The notes beneath the pieces were generated by a model. The model ran no database searches and was not told where the DNA came from. It was given only the letters and a program-made list of their open reading frames with translations. Position numbers and translations under genes: made by a program. Shown here piece after piece: positions 37,986 to 48,607 of a stretch of 64,000 nucleotides of DNA. The stretch comes from Thermodesulfobacteriota bacterium (GTDB taxonomy: Bacteria > Desulfobacterota > Desulfarculia > JACQYL01). Numbering within the stretch: position 1 is the stretch's first letter; every line of letters begins with the position of its first letter. The DNA lies in NCBI GenBank assembly GCA_963675595.2, contig CAXXLZ010000001.1, positions 1,088,001 through 1,152,000 on the forward strand, in the 5' to 3' direction.

Positions 37986-38852
37986 TCAGGAAAAATTGGC
38001 GTAATGATCCGGGGCTTCTCCCTCGGCCCGGATAAAGGCGCTGCGGCAGGCGCCGCATGAGGTCCCGGACCATATCTCGCTTTCCAGTTCCCGGAAAACG
38101 GTCAAATCGAATCGACACAGACCGGCCTCCAGGAAGCGACGTTCCTCTTGGTCGATGGTTGCGAGATACTGGTCGAAGCCGGTCACCGGTCCGTTGAGGC
38201 ACATGGAAACCAGGTTCACCGTATCCGCTATCTTTCGGGATCGTGATTCGACACTTTCCAGGTATTCATCGGTCATGCGGCCGCCCGAGCGCAGCGCCTC
38301 CATGAGGGTCGGCACGATGGGCTTCTCTTTCACCTCGTTGATGGTGTTTCTTTGAAGCCACCAAACGACGTTTTCGTGCCCGGCCCGATCTCCGAACTGC
38401 ACGGTCATGGGCTCATGACGTCTCTTTTTGACCGGCGCGCTTTGCCCCGCGATATGAACCATGATGGTCCTTGGATTGAACATCAGGTCCCCGACCTGCC
38501 TCAGCATGCCGTTGTCGGCGCAGTTGCCGGCGCTGAACAGGGCAAGCTCCATGATTCGGGCCAGGGTCAACCAGTAGAAATTCCCCATCCATTCACGGGA
38601 TATCCGGGGACCCCTTTTGAAAGAGGTTTTGCCGGACTTCTTGAGCGGGTGGCTCGCGCGTGTTTTTTCGGCCCCGTGAATCCCTGCGAAATTCCCATCG
38701 GTGTGCGCCGCCGCGTCCAGTTCCGCGACGCGGGCCGCCAGCCATGCTTCTTCCATCACATGGAATTGTGCGCCCCGTTCCAGTTCCCTGTGAAAAGACC
38801 GGGCCCACACGATTTCCCGGGGGATGTCGGAGAGCCTGTACAACCTGCCCAT
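37986..38852 (-). CDS. Hypothetical protein
   Basis: 288-aa ORF with AAGGA RBS; no recognised motif. Confidence 0.6.
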   Translation of the reverse strand: MGRLYRLSDIPREIVWARSFHRELERGAQFHVMEEAWLAARVAELDAAAHTDGNFAGIHGAEKTRASHPLKKSGKTSFKRGPRISREWMGNFYWLTLARIMELALFSAGNCADNGMLRQVGDLMFNPRTIMVHIAGQSAPVKKRRHEPMTVQFGDRAGHENVVWWLQRNTINEVKEKPIVPTLMEALRSGGRMTDEYLESVESRSRKIADTVNLVSMCLNGPVTGFDQYLATIDQEERRFLEAGLCRFDLTVFRELESEIWSGTSCGACRSAFIRAEGEAPDHYANFS

Positions 38853-39197
38853 ATTTCGAGATCCTTACTTATGTCAGTTTCGACATATATACAGGAACAC
38901 CGAGGCTTCGCCAACAGAGAAAATATCGGTGAAAGTTCGTGAGCGTTCAGGGGGGTTCCCTCGGGCTCCTTGCGAAAAACTTCAGGTATTTTAATTCGTT
39001 GTACGGCACATGCCGCACGTTTTGCGAATCCCGTACGCGATTCTCAGAAGCGCAACGGGGAGTCCGGAGGGCCATGGGTCCCCCGGTAGATGAATACAAG
39101 TCTCTTGTTCATCGATGTTTCTGCGAGGGCGCTCGACGCAATCCGACGGGCTACGCGCAGAACGGGCGGGGATGATGCCGGAATTGGTAATCGGCGT

Positions 39198-39977
39198 TCA
39201 GGTTTTTCGGGATTTTCGGCCCAGGCTCAGGCGCATGAAGAAGGCGCGGAGTTCCTCGTCGAACAGCCAGAAGGCCAGACCCAGGAGAACCGCCGCGGCG
39301 AAGACCACCTTCGCGGTCAAGGGTTCCGAGTCCAAACCGGCTCCGGCAAAGGTGAGCACCGCCATTCCGGGCAGGCGCCCGAGGAAGCTCACGCCCAGCA
39401 GTTTCCACAGGCTCAGGCGGGTGAGCCCGGCGATGAAACACACGGCGTCGTCGGGAAGGGCGGGAAGAAGAAAGATCATGAAGAAGTTCTCCAGTCCTCC
39501 TCCGTTGATCAGGCCGTCGAAACGGGATTGCAGGTCGGCGGGGACCAGTCGTCGGATCAGGGCCTTGCCGAACAAACGGCCCAGGACCATGGCCAGGGCG
39601 GACCCGATGGTGAGTCCCACCATGCACAGGAACAGTCCCTTCCAGAATCCGAAGAGCATGCCCCCCGCCAGACCCACGAGCTGTCCGGGGATGGGCGCCA
39701 GGAGCACTTGCAGGACCTGAAGGCCCATGAAAAGATAAGCCTCGCTTTTGCCGTAGGACCTGAGGTATTGGAGCAGTCGGTCCTTGCCGGCTGCCGGCTC
39801 TCCCCGTTCGGCGGCATGCAGCGCCTGTTGCAGAGGCTCGGGCAGGTGGGGAAACAGGAAGTGGATCGCCACGGACAGCAGCAGTGCCAGAATCAGGGCT
39901 CCGGCGAGGATCAAACCGACGGAGATCAGTTTGGACTTGAGACGCTCCTTGAAGCGTTTGCCGTAAGCGGCGGCCAC
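39198..39977 (-). CDS. TVP38/TMEM64 (DedA/VTT) family membrane protein
   Basis: LQVLLAPIPGQ, GMLFG..G, FLLPALPDDAVCFIAG. GTG follows AAAGGAGG. Confidence 0.85.
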   Translation of the reverse strand: MAAAYGKRFKERLKSKLISVGLILAGALILALLLSVAIHFLFPHLPEPLQQALHAAERGEPAAGKDRLLQYLRSYGKSEAYLFMGLQVLQVLLAPIPGQLVGLAGGMLFGFWKGLFLCMVGLTIGSALAMVLGRLFGKALIRRLVPADLQSRFDGLINGGGLENFFMIFLLPALPDDAVCFIAGLTRLSLWKLLGVSFLGRLPGMAVLTFAGAGLDSEPLTAKVVFAAAVLLGLAFWLFDEELRAFFMRLSLGRKSRKT

Positions 39978-40195
39978 GCGGGTCCTCCTTTCGGATCGGG
40001 GAGGCCATGGGAACATTCGACGAGCATCCCGCCGGGCGCCGAGGTTCCGGGGCCGCGGGGACTTATGCTCATAGCACGTCCTTGGACCGATCTCCAGGTG
40101 AAACGAGGAACTTGGGGCGGCTTGCGGGCGGTCTTAAAGGAACCGATCCGGGAAGACCCCGGAGGGGAGGGACGTTTGTTCATGGAGCGGAATGT

Positions 40196-41164
40196 ATGAC
40201 CAGGGTTTCGGGATCGAGAAACGCCCGACGGCTCATCCGCCGCACGCACCGGTTTCGCTTTGACGGACTGGTGCGGTGGAAAGGGCTGCACGATCCCTTG
40301 GACTGGGAGGAGATATTTCATCGGGCGGCCCCACGGGTGCTCGAGATCGGATTCGGTCGCGGGGACTACCTGCGATCCGCGGCGGCGGATGATCCCTCCA
40401 CGGACTTCATCGGTGTGGATACGCATTGGAGTTCGGTGATCGAGGCTCTGGCGGGTGTGGAACGGGACGACCTGGAAAACGTACGGCTCCTGCAAGGAGA
40501 CGCGCGGGTGGTGTTGAGCCGTTTGTTCGAACCCCGCTCGCTGCAGGCCGTGATCGCGTTGTTTCCGGTTCCCTGGCCCAAGGAACAAAAATCCAAGAAC
40601 CGGCTGTTTTCCGATTCCTTCCTGCGGTTGGCCAATTCCAGGCTCGTGAACGGCGGGACCCTTCGGGTGGTTACGGACTACGCGCCCTATGTAAAATGGA
40701 TTCTGAAGCAGAACCACGACACGGGATTCGTGCTGCGGCACACCCGCATAACTCGTACCTACGGCACCCGATACGAGTCCAAATATTACCAGAGGGGACA
40801 ACGGGAGTTCGACGAGCTGCTGTTTACCAAGGAAACACATCGGGACGTTCCCGTGGAGAAAGGAGTTCCGTTGGGGGAATATCGACTGGAAGGGTTCGAC
40901 CCCGACAGGTTCCGGCCCGAGGGCGGTCGATTCGGGGAGATCACCTTGGCCTTCAAGGACTTTCTGTATGATCCCGTTCGCCGCAAAGGCATGGTCCGAG
41001 TGGTGGTCGTGGAGGGTTCCCTGGTGCAGAGTATCTGGATCGAGATCGTATTCAAGGAAGGCGCGTGGCGCGTCCGTTCGACTCCGGATTGCGGAGTGGT
41101 CCCTTCGGAGGGGGTCAATCGGGCTCTGGAAATCGTGCGGGACGCCGCACAAGCCGGGGCGTGA
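40196..41164 (+). CDS. trmB: tRNA (guanine-N7)-methyltransferase-like protein with C-terminal extension
   Basis: LEIGFGRG, FP.PWPK, VVTD and GTRYESKY motifs. Confidence 0.78.
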   Translation: MTRVSGSRNARRLIRRTHRFRFDGLVRWKGLHDPLDWEEIFHRAAPRVLEIGFGRGDYLRSAAADDPSTDFIGVDTHWSSVIEALAGVERDDLENVRLLQGDARVVLSRLFEPRSLQAVIALFPVPWPKEQKSKNRLFSDSFLRLANSRLVNGGTLRVVTDYAPYVKWILKQNHDTGFVLRHTRITRTYGTRYESKYYQRGQREFDELLFTKETHRDVPVEKGVPLGEYRLEGFDPDRFRPEGGRFGEITLAFKDFLYDPVRRKGMVRVVVVEGSLVQSIWIEIVFKEGAWRVRSTPDCGVVPSEGVNRALEIVRDAAQAGA

Positions 41165-41372
41165 TTGAAGAGTTTGGTTGATGTGTTCGCTGCAACCGGC
41201 AGCCGGACCACATGTTTCGAAGTTCGTGGGGCGCAAAAAAAGAGCCCCGCCGTGGGAAACGATTTGCCTCTTGCGGCGGGGCGAAATAACCCCCCTTGCG
41301 GTTTAGGCAAGTGCTGATATAGAAAAGGTGGAAGGAGAAAAGTTTAGATAATCGGTAAGGGGGATACGCGCA

Positions 41373-42161
41373 TCAGGGTACGTACCCGTATTGGGAGAAG
41401 TGGCTGGCGCCCCCGATCTGCCCCGAAATTTCCGCGCTCGCCTCGGCCATGAGAAACAAGGCCAAAGCGGCGGATTTCTCCGGAGGGTTCAGTTCGCCTC
41501 GATCCTTGTAGCCTTCGAAGATTTCCAGGTTTTCTTCCCCTAAACGGGATACGTCCGTTGTTCGTATGGACGTCTGCATGTCGGTGTCCATCACTCCGGG
41601 GTCCAGACCGTAAACTCGAATGGCGTAGGGGGCCAGTTCCTGGGCGAGGTACAGGGTCAGGGTGTTCAAACCGCCCTTGGCCGTGCTGTAAACGGAAAAT
41701 CGGGGCAGCACGAAACGGGCGAGCCCTGAAGTGACGTTGATGATGCAGCCGCCGGCGCCGTCCATCATGGAGGAAAGGCTTTCACGGGCGCAGAAGTACG
41801 CTCCGTTGAGATCGACGTTGATGGTGTTCCGCCATTCCTCGGGATCCAGGTCCGACACGATGCCGATGGGCTGTACCGTGGCCGCGTTATTCACCAAGCC
41901 GTCGATTCGTCCCCATTCGGAATGAATGCGTTGGAAGGCGCTCCGCACGGCCGGGTAGTCGCTTACGTCGATAGGGAGAAGCAGGGGCGGGACGCCCGTG
42001 ACGTCTTGGACTTCCTTCTCGACGGAGGCCAGTTTTTCAGCGTCGCGCGCCAACAGCGCCAGACGGGCTCCCTCCCGGGCGAACGTAAGTGCCATGGCTC
42101 TACCGAATCCTCGGCTTCCGCCTGTAATCACGATACGTTTTCCCTCAAGCCTGCGCTGCAT
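41373..42161 (-). CDS. SDR family oxidoreductase
   Basis: TGGSRGFG, VNNA, YSTAK. Confidence 0.92.
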   Translation of the reverse strand: MQRRLEGKRIVITGGSRGFGRAMALTFAREGARLALLARDAEKLASVEKEVQDVTGVPPLLLPIDVSDYPAVRSAFQRIHSEWGRIDGLVNNAATVQPIGIVSDLDPEEWRNTINVDLNGAYFCARESLSSMMDGAGGCIINVTSGLARFVLPRFSVYSTAKGGLNTLTLYLAQELAPYAIRVYGLDPGVMDTDMQTSIRTTDVSRLGEENLEIFEGYKDRGELNPPEKSAALALFLMAEASAEISGQIGGASHFSQYGYVP

Positions 42162-42269
42162 GAAGCCTCCGACGGAGTCCGGGGCGTTTGCGCAATATTC
42201 CCGAGCACCTAAATCATCTTACCCCAATTCGGGGCTCACGGCAACGCGTAACTCACGGCAGGCCGGTCC

Positions 42270-42689
42270 ATGGCTTCCTATGTACTGTACCTGGAACTCG
42301 CCGTTCCCCGCACTCTGCGCGTGGGGGCCCTGGGCGACGTTGTCTTCGAGAAGGGCGGGTATCTCTACGTCGGCTCCGCCAAACGCAACCGGGACGCCCG
42401 AATCCGACGCCACCTCGCTCGCACCAAGAAGGTTCGTTGGCATGTGGATTATCTGACGGTTCTTGGCGACGTGGCCATCGAGCAGGTTTGGATTGCCGAC
42501 GGAGTGGAGGAATGCGCCGCCGTTCAGGCGTTATTGAGCGTCGACGGCGTCTCTCCCGCGGTTCGGGGCTTCGGGTCCGGGGACTGCCGTCGCTGTCCCG
42601 CGCACTTGTTGCGGGTTTCCTGCGGCGGAGCATTGCCGTGCCGAGTGCTCGACCGGCTGGGGTATGTAGCGTGGAAAGATAAGCATTGA
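42270..42689 (+). CDS. GIY-YIG (DUF123/Uri-like) nuclease family protein
   Basis: SYVL...YLYVGSA...RIRRH...WHVDYL...FGSGDC..C..HL. Confidence 0.82.
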   Translation: MASYVLYLELAVPRTLRVGALGDVVFEKGGYLYVGSAKRNRDARIRRHLARTKKVRWHVDYLTVLGDVAIEQVWIADGVEECAAVQALLSVDGVSPAVRGFGSGDCRRCPAHLLRVSCGGALPCRVLDRLGYVAWKDKH

Positions 42690-42721
42690 CGGGGGAGGAC
42701 TTTCGGGAAAGTCCTCCCCCG
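42690..42721. repeat. Perfect 15-bp inverted repeat (REP-like element or terminator)
   Basis: CGGGGGAGGACTTTC-GG-GAAAGTCCTCCCCCG immediately after the stop codon, between convergent genes. Confidence 0.75.
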
Positions 42722-43011
42722 AACCCCCAAAGCACGTTGGACGGGCCTCACCACCTTCGGCGGAGAGGCTGAGGAAGAATCGGGATTCCTCACTTATTCC
42801 CAACGGTCCCTGCAGTTGCTGGATCGGCAAAGAGGCTCCCGGGTTCGGCTTCGTCCCGAAAGGGATGGAGCCCTCATACAAGGGGGGCCGGGGCGATGTC
42901 GTTCTCCCGGGGAACCAATCGAGAAGCTCCTCCCCTGAATGATTACGCGGCGGGATCCCGATGCGGGAGAATGCCCCACGGTTTACAGAGGTAGGCGTTT
43001 TTCACGGAGTT

Positions 43012-44139
43012 TCAGTTCGTGGGTTCCCCTTCACTCGGCCCTTCGTTTGAAGGGGCTTCTTCGTCGGAGGTCCCTCCTGCGGTCTTGCGTAGGACGGGCA
43101 ACGCCAGGTCGATGAGACTCTTGATGAGCGATACGATGGGAATGGCGAAAAGAACGCCCCAGAATCCCCATAGGGCGCCGCAAGCCAGGATGGCGAACAC
43201 GATGGCGGCCGGATGCACGCGAACCGAGCTTCCCAGGATCACGGGGGCCAGGATGTTCCCGTCGATGATCTGGAGGACTCCGTAGGCGATGCCCATCTTG
43301 AGCAGCTCGACGCCCCATCCCCACTGTACGTAGGCCAGGGCGAGCACGGGAATGGTGACGACCGCCACGCCGATGTAGGGAACGATGGTCGATAATCCCG
43401 TGAGTATGCCCAGCAGGACCGCGTACTGGGAACCCAGAAACCAGAACACCGCCCACGTGGCCACCGTCATGATGATGATTTCCAGTGATTTGCCCCGGAG
43501 CAGGTTGCCGATTTGACGGTCCACATCCACCAGGACGCTGAACAGGAGTTCACTGGAATTGGGTACGAACTGCCGCAGCCATTTCAGGATTTCCTTCTTG
43601 TCTTTAAGCAGGAAGAAAACCAGGAACGGGACCAAAACGAGGTAAATGGTGAGGCCCAAAATGTCGGGGATGTACATCAACGTCTTGCCGGCCAAGGAAC
43701 CCACGAAGGCCTCGAGCCTCTCCGCCAGCCTGGGGATGACCTTCTGCAGATACTGGGTTTCGGCTCCGGAGAAGTAGCGTTGCTGCAGAGAAGCGATGAG
43801 ATGCTGTGACTCGGTGACCATGGTGGGCACCTCCGACAGCAGCTGAGTGAGCTGTTTGGTGATCAACGGCATCAGCAGGATGAAGATGCCCAGGACGGAC
43901 AGGAAGAAGAGGCTGAAGACCAACGTGGCCCCCACGATACGGGGAATGCGCCTTCGCTCGAGCAGTCTTACCAGCCCGTCCAGGAGGTACGCGATAATCA
44001 CGGAAGCGAAAAAAGGAGCCAGCGCCTTTCCAAGGTAGGCGATCACCAGAACAAGGAAGGTGAGTACGGCGAACAGTATGATGAACTGCTTGTGGGGCAA
44101 CCATGCCCAACGTGGGCGAGGCTTTGCGTTATTTTCCAT
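43012..44139 (-). CDS. AI-2E (PerM) family transporter
   Basis: PFFASVIIAYLL, FFLLKD, VPYIG, QIIDGNILAP...VHP...WGFWG. Confidence 0.9.
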   Translation of the reverse strand: MENNAKPRPRWAWLPHKQFIILFAVLTFLVLVIAYLGKALAPFFASVIIAYLLDGLVRLLERRRIPRIVGATLVFSLFFLSVLGIFILLMPLITKQLTQLLSEVPTMVTESQHLIASLQQRYFSGAETQYLQKVIPRLAERLEAFVGSLAGKTLMYIPDILGLTIYLVLVPFLVFFLLKDKKEILKWLRQFVPNSSELLFSVLVDVDRQIGNLLRGKSLEIIIMTVATWAVFWFLGSQYAVLLGILTGLSTIVPYIGVAVVTIPVLALAYVQWGWGVELLKMGIAYGVLQIIDGNILAPVILGSSVRVHPAAIVFAILACGALWGFWGVLFAIPIVSLIKSLIDLALPVLRKTAGGTSDEEAPSNEGPSEGEPTN

Positions 44140-44433
44140 TGATGCTCCAAGGACGCGATGGAACCGGACGAACCTATCGAGCGTTTACATGAAGCTTTGG
44201 TTCATTTCAAGATCATCTCGCGGCGGTTCCTTAATCGGATCCCCCCGAGGTTGCCGCTCGTGAGCCGAGAAGGGAGACACTCCGGGGAGGTCCGGGGATG
44301 AAGTGTCGAGGAGTCCTTCATCGTATAGTGAACATGGAGTCCTTCGGCCGGGCTCAAGATCGTCGAGCAAGACGTCTCCCCGGAGGGCGAAAAGAGCCTT
44401 CTCAGGGGTCCGTGGGCGGAACCGGCCGAGATG

Positions 44434-45000
44434 TTACTTTTTCTCCCACCAATGATCATGGCCTCGAAACCACCAGTCCTTGTGGTCTCGTTCGAGAATT
44501 CTTTGGGCCAGTTCCTTGCCGTGGGTTGTCTGAAGGCGTTTCAGCAGATTGGGAATCCAGTCTTGAGCGTAGCGGTTTCCCATGTCGAGTTCCATCTTCA
44601 AAGTCAAAAGCAGGTCCAGTTGATCGGCATCGTGTGCCAGTCGGGCTTCGAGGGACTCTCCACGCTCGTATTCCTCGATGAATTCCTTGATCTCCTCACC
44701 GAAAGGAAGGTCCCGGACCATATCGTCGGTTGCTTTATTGCTTAGAGCGGTGACGTATTGCTTGTATACGTAGTTCAGGTCTCCCGTACGAGCCTCGGGC
44801 AAGTCGTGGAAGAGGGCAAGCATGAGAAGTTTCTGCGTATCTGCTTCAGGCTCCAGCCTTCCCAAAACGAAAGCAATGACAGTGGCTCTGAACGAGTGCT
44901 CGGAGACAGATTCATTCCCGCTTCCGAGAAAGCGATAACCGGACCTCGGAGTTTTATGCAGGAAACCGACTTCGAAAAGGAAATCAGCGATAGAGAACAT
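44434..45000 (-). CDS. HD-domain hydrolase (YfbR/5'-deoxynucleotidase-like)
   Basis: PRSG, ESVSEHS, FHDLPEARTGD, DADQLD. Confidence 0.88.
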   Translation of the reverse strand: MFSIADFLFEVGFLHKTPRSGYRFLGSGNESVSEHSFRATVIAFVLGRLEPEADTQKLLMLALFHDLPEARTGDLNYVYKQYVTALSNKATDDMVRDLPFGEEIKEFIEEYERGESLEARLAHDADQLDLLLTLKMELDMGNRYAQDWIPNLLKRLQTTHGKELAQRILERDHKDWWFRGHDHWWEKK

Positions 45001-45044
45001 GGTTGGTCCTTGAAAAGCAGTTGGTTGACGTGAAGCGAAAAATA

Positions 45045-45125
45045 CTTGTAGCAGGCGGAGTAATGTAAGTCAAAGGGAGTGACACAAAAAAACAATTTGA
45101 CATGAAAATAGGGACCTGTTACGTT
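45045..45125. promoter_or_regulatory. Divergent sigma70-type promoters
   Basis: Plus strand TTGACA-N17-TACGTT (45097-45125); minus strand TTGACT-N17-TACAAG (45073-45045). Confidence 0.5.
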
Positions 45126-45196
45126 GAATTTCGTAGTGTCCTATACTGATTAACGGCAACCGAGTTGTAGTATGGGATTTAAGGCTTAAAAAGGTC

Positions 45197-46863
45197 CCTG
45201 AATCAGTGAACTAATTTCGCTGTGAGCTGTTTGCACAGTTCTGAGCGCATTTTTTCGGATGATTGCCCCGGTCTGATGGGCGCTCAAGAACGTATTGATG
45301 CCGTCATCATGCCTTCAGCTGCCGATTGTGGCCAAACGAGCAGTTTTTCAGCGGGTCAGGACATGGCTATCCTTTCAAGCCCCAGTTTCGGCCACGGAAC
45401 GGGTCATCAGGACCCGGATTATCCGGGAGACAGCCGCGAATGCACATCCACAAACGCCTCATAGGCAGGACAATGGCGACCCAGGCGCAGGATCAGCCGA
45501 CGTCCCGTCCTGATGAATCGACCCGCAATCGTCATGAGCTCCTGAATGACGGTGCGGATGCGGCGGCGTTTGGCCGGATGCCGCACCGGAGAACGGTCGC
45601 CGAGCAGTCCAAACTGACCGATAATACGCAGGATATTGTAGACCATGCCTGCGCACGTCAACACCAGGGCGTTGGTGGCGAACTTGCCCGACGGCAGCCG
45701 TTCCATATCCAGATCGGTCTTGATTTCGCTGTGAAACTGCTCGCTCGTCCCATGCTTCTCGTACAACCGGATGATCCGTTCCTCGGGCAGAACCAGGTTG
45801 GTCCACCATCCTTCCAACGTAACCTCCGGCAGCAACAGCCGTTGCCCGTGCCGATCCACGGTGCGCTCCGTCACCCGCATCACCCGCATGAATCGCATCT
45901 TCTTCCCTTGGACCTCATACGTCTCATGCACCGTCATCACGGCCACCTTCTTGCCCGGTCGCGGCACACTCACTTTGCCTTCGGCGAAGATTCGGTCCCG
46001 CCAAGCCAGAGGGTCCTCTTTCCGGGGATTCCACTTGACCACGAAGAAGACCTTCCTGTGTTGACGGAGCGCCGCCAAGGTCTCCAACGCGCAGTGGGCG
46101 GCATCGAGGCGCACCAAAAGGCTTTTTCCCGTCAACTCCCGCGCCCGTCGAATCACCCGAGCCAAGAAGGGAAGAAATCCTTTCTGACTATGTTGGCTGC
46201 CTTCACGAAGCTCAAGACCGATGCACCAACCTTCTTCGCCAAGGTACGCCGCTATGGGCGCATACCCGTCATAGCCCTGGTAGGTTCGGGAAACCCCTTC
46301 TTTCTTGGTCTCCGAGTTGTCCATGGGAAACACGTCGATATCGAGAGGAACATGTCCCATAGATCCGGCGGTAACCGGCGCCTTCACCGCTTTGAGCATC
46401 TCGATGGAACTCCCGTTGACGAGTTCCTTAAGCACCGCAGCGTTCTTGTCCAAACGCTGCCGCAAGGTCTCTTTGGACGGCACCTTCCGGATATCCAACG
46501 CCGTTTTGAACCAATCATTGCTCCGCATCCCGGCCACCGCCTCGAAATCGCTTTTGCCGATGCAAAGCAATCCCAGGTAGCTCTTCAACACATCCGAATG
46601 AGACACGCTCGGCATGCCGGGTACGGCCAAATCCGCCTTCCGACACAACTCCGTGTGGTGGTTGATCAAGAGTCCAGCCAGGGACAGTCCGGAATGCGCC
46701 GTATAGAACTCGGTCTCCGACCTTTCGATGGTAATCTTCCGCATAGCCTTCACCTGTTGAGTGAATCGATAACAGGCAACACTATTACAGAAATAACTCA
46801 ACCTATCAACTAGTTACGCGATAAGTTCCAGAAATCGCATAGTCGTCGCTTCACGGATTCAGG
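45197..46863 (-). mobile_element. Complete IS1380-family insertion sequence, 1667 bp
   Basis: IRs CCTGAATCAGTGAA / CCTGAATCCGTGAA with 5-bp target duplication AGGTC (45192-45196 and 46864-46868). Confidence 0.92.
45419..46744 (-). CDS. IS1380-family DDE transposase
   Basis: LDIDVFPMDNS..KKEGV, VRLDAA, HGTSEQFHSEIKTDLD.ERLPSGKF..N. Confidence 0.92.
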   Translation of the reverse strand: MRKITIERSETEFYTAHSGLSLAGLLINHHTELCRKADLAVPGMPSVSHSDVLKSYLGLLCIGKSDFEAVAGMRSNDWFKTALDIRKVPSKETLRQRLDKNAAVLKELVNGSSIEMLKAVKAPVTAGSMGHVPLDIDVFPMDNSETKKEGVSRTYQGYDGYAPIAAYLGEEGWCIGLELREGSQHSQKGFLPFLARVIRRARELTGKSLLVRLDAAHCALETLAALRQHRKVFFVVKWNPRKEDPLAWRDRIFAEGKVSVPRPGKKVAVMTVHETYEVQGKKMRFMRVMRVTERTVDRHGQRLLLPEVTLEGWWTNLVLPEERIIRLYEKHGTSEQFHSEIKTDLDMERLPSGKFATNALVLTCAGMVYNILRIIGQFGLLGDRSPVRHPAKRRRIRTVIQELMTIAGRFIRTGRRLILRLGRHCPAYEAFVDVHSRLSPG

Positions 46864-46906
46864 AGGTCCGCAAAGGATTCATTCAACGGCCTCAAGAACG
46901 ACCGGT

Positions 46907-47656
46907 ATGACGACTAGGGAACGGATTCGGCGATTATGCGACATGATTGCCTCCGCGCGCGGCATCGCGGCGCTCACCGGTGCGGGCGTTTCCGTGGAGA
47001 GCGGGATTCCGGATTTTCGGGGTGCGCGAGGATTGTGGCGTAAGTACGACCCCATGGAGTATGCTCACATCGATGCTTTGCTGTCGGACCCGGACAAGGT
47101 CTGGAAGATGCTCGTTGAGATGGACCGACTGATCTCTTCAGCCAAGCCCAATCCGGCCCACTATGCCCTGTCGAGACTTGAGTCTTTGGTATCCTTCCAA
47201 GCCGTGATCACTCAGAACGTGGACAACCTGCATCAGGAAGCCGGCAGTAAGCGGGTGATCGAGTTTCACGGCAACAGCGCGCGCATGCGGTGCATGGGGT
47301 GCGAGGGCGTGTTCTCGAGGGAACGGGTGAAGCTGCTCCGGATTCCCCCCATGTGTGAGTGCGGAGGGCTGATTCGTCCGGACGTGGTGTTTTTCGGGGA
47401 GCCGATCCCCATGCAGGCTTACGTCGAGGCTTGCGCCGAAGCAGAGAGTTGCGATGTCATGCTGGTGATCGGGACGTCCGCCACCGTGGCGCCTGCGAGT
47501 GAAATTCCCCGGCTGGCCAAACGGAGCGGGGCCAAAGTGGTGGAAATCAATCCCGAGGCGACTCATTTGACTTCCGAGATATCGGACCTTTCGATCCATG
47601 ATTCCGCGAGTGTGGTCCTACCTGCGGTGGTGGAAGCCCTTGAGGGCGTGAGGTAG
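46907..47656 (+). CDS. cobB: NAD-dependent deacylase (sirtuin)
   Basis: TGAGVSVESGIPDFRG, TQNVDNLH, FHGN, RPDVVFFGE, IGTS. Confidence 0.92.
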   Translation: MTTRERIRRLCDMIASARGIAALTGAGVSVESGIPDFRGARGLWRKYDPMEYAHIDALLSDPDKVWKMLVEMDRLISSAKPNPAHYALSRLESLVSFQAVITQNVDNLHQEAGSKRVIEFHGNSARMRCMGCEGVFSRERVKLLRIPPMCECGGLIRPDVVFFGEPIPMQAYVEACAEAESCDVMLVIGTSATVAPASEIPRLAKRSGAKVVEINPEATHLTSEISDLSIHDSASVVLPAVVEALEGVR

Positions 47657-47801
47657 TTCATCGTTGACTTCGTCACGGACGGTGAGTATTTTGCCGACGG
47701 GTCGATTTCTTCTCTAAACCTAAGTCCTTCATGACGGTTCGATATTACCAACCGTTAACCGAATCAGGGTCCATTGCCTGGTCCCGACGGGTTTACATCC
47801 A

Positions 47802-48575
47802 ATGCCGATTTTCAACTTGATTACTCCTCGTGTTCAAACGGGTCTTGACGTGGGGCTGGAGACGGACGTGGTGCAGATGGTTGTGCACGCGGGCCCCATG
47901 GTGAAGTTTATTCTTTTCATACTGCTTCTGTTTTCGGTGGTTAGCTGGGGCATCATTTTGTATAAGGCTAGAAGCATCCGTCGCGCGCAGATCGAGAATA
48001 AAATATTCTTGGAGTTGTTCTGGGCCGGCGGGAGTATGTCCAACATTTATAAAGAGAGCAGGCAGCTGGAACGAAGTCCGCTTGCCGCGTTGTATCGCTC
48101 GGGTTTCATGGAACTCAGCAAGGTGAAGAAAGATCAGAGCCGCACCTCTCCCGGGTTTGAAGGAGCCGGAGAGAGTCCCCGACCCGCGGATTCCATCGGA
48201 GTGGATAACACACGGCGAGCCCTCCACAGGGGTAAGCTCTCCCAGATGTCTCGGTTGGGCAAAGCCCTCAGTTTTCTCGCCACCACGGGCAACACCGCAC
48301 CTTTCATCGGGCTCTTCGGCACGGTGTGGGGCATTATGGCGTCTTTCCGGGGAATCGGGTTGAAAGGTTCCGCCAACTTGGCGGTTGTGGCACCGGGCAT
48401 TTCCGAGGCGCTCGTCGCCACGGCTGCGGGTCTGGCGGCCGCGATTCCGGCAGTGGTTTTTTTCAATCATTTCAACAGCAAACTCGGGTACATGGACGCG
48501 GAGATGGACAACTTCATCCTGGACTTCCTTAATATTCTTGAACGGGAGGCCGCGAGGAGGACTCCGGAGGTCTAG
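47802..48575 (+). CDS. tolQ: TolQ (start may lie further downstream)
   Basis: LATTGNTAPFIGLFGTVWGIM, VAPGISEALVATA. Confidence 0.93.
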   Translation: MPIFNLITPRVQTGLDVGLETDVVQMVVHAGPMVKFILFILLLFSVVSWGIILYKARSIRRAQIENKIFLELFWAGGSMSNIYKESRQLERSPLAALYRSGFMELSKVKKDQSRTSPGFEGAGESPRPADSIGVDNTRRALHRGKLSQMSRLGKALSFLATTGNTAPFIGLFGTVWGIMASFRGIGLKGSANLAVVAPGISEALVATAAGLAAAIPAVVFFNHFNSKLGYMDAEMDNFILDFLNILEREAARRTPEV

Positions 48576-48607
48576 TCCCACGGACTCGAGGGAAGCGAAT
48601 TCAGGCA

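Noticed and set aside
45326-46813. Long antisense ORFs (e.g. 45326-46813, 57346-58884, 35411-36949, 28196-29497)
   Set aside because: They are shadows of real genes in GC-rich DNA, with no recognisable motifs.
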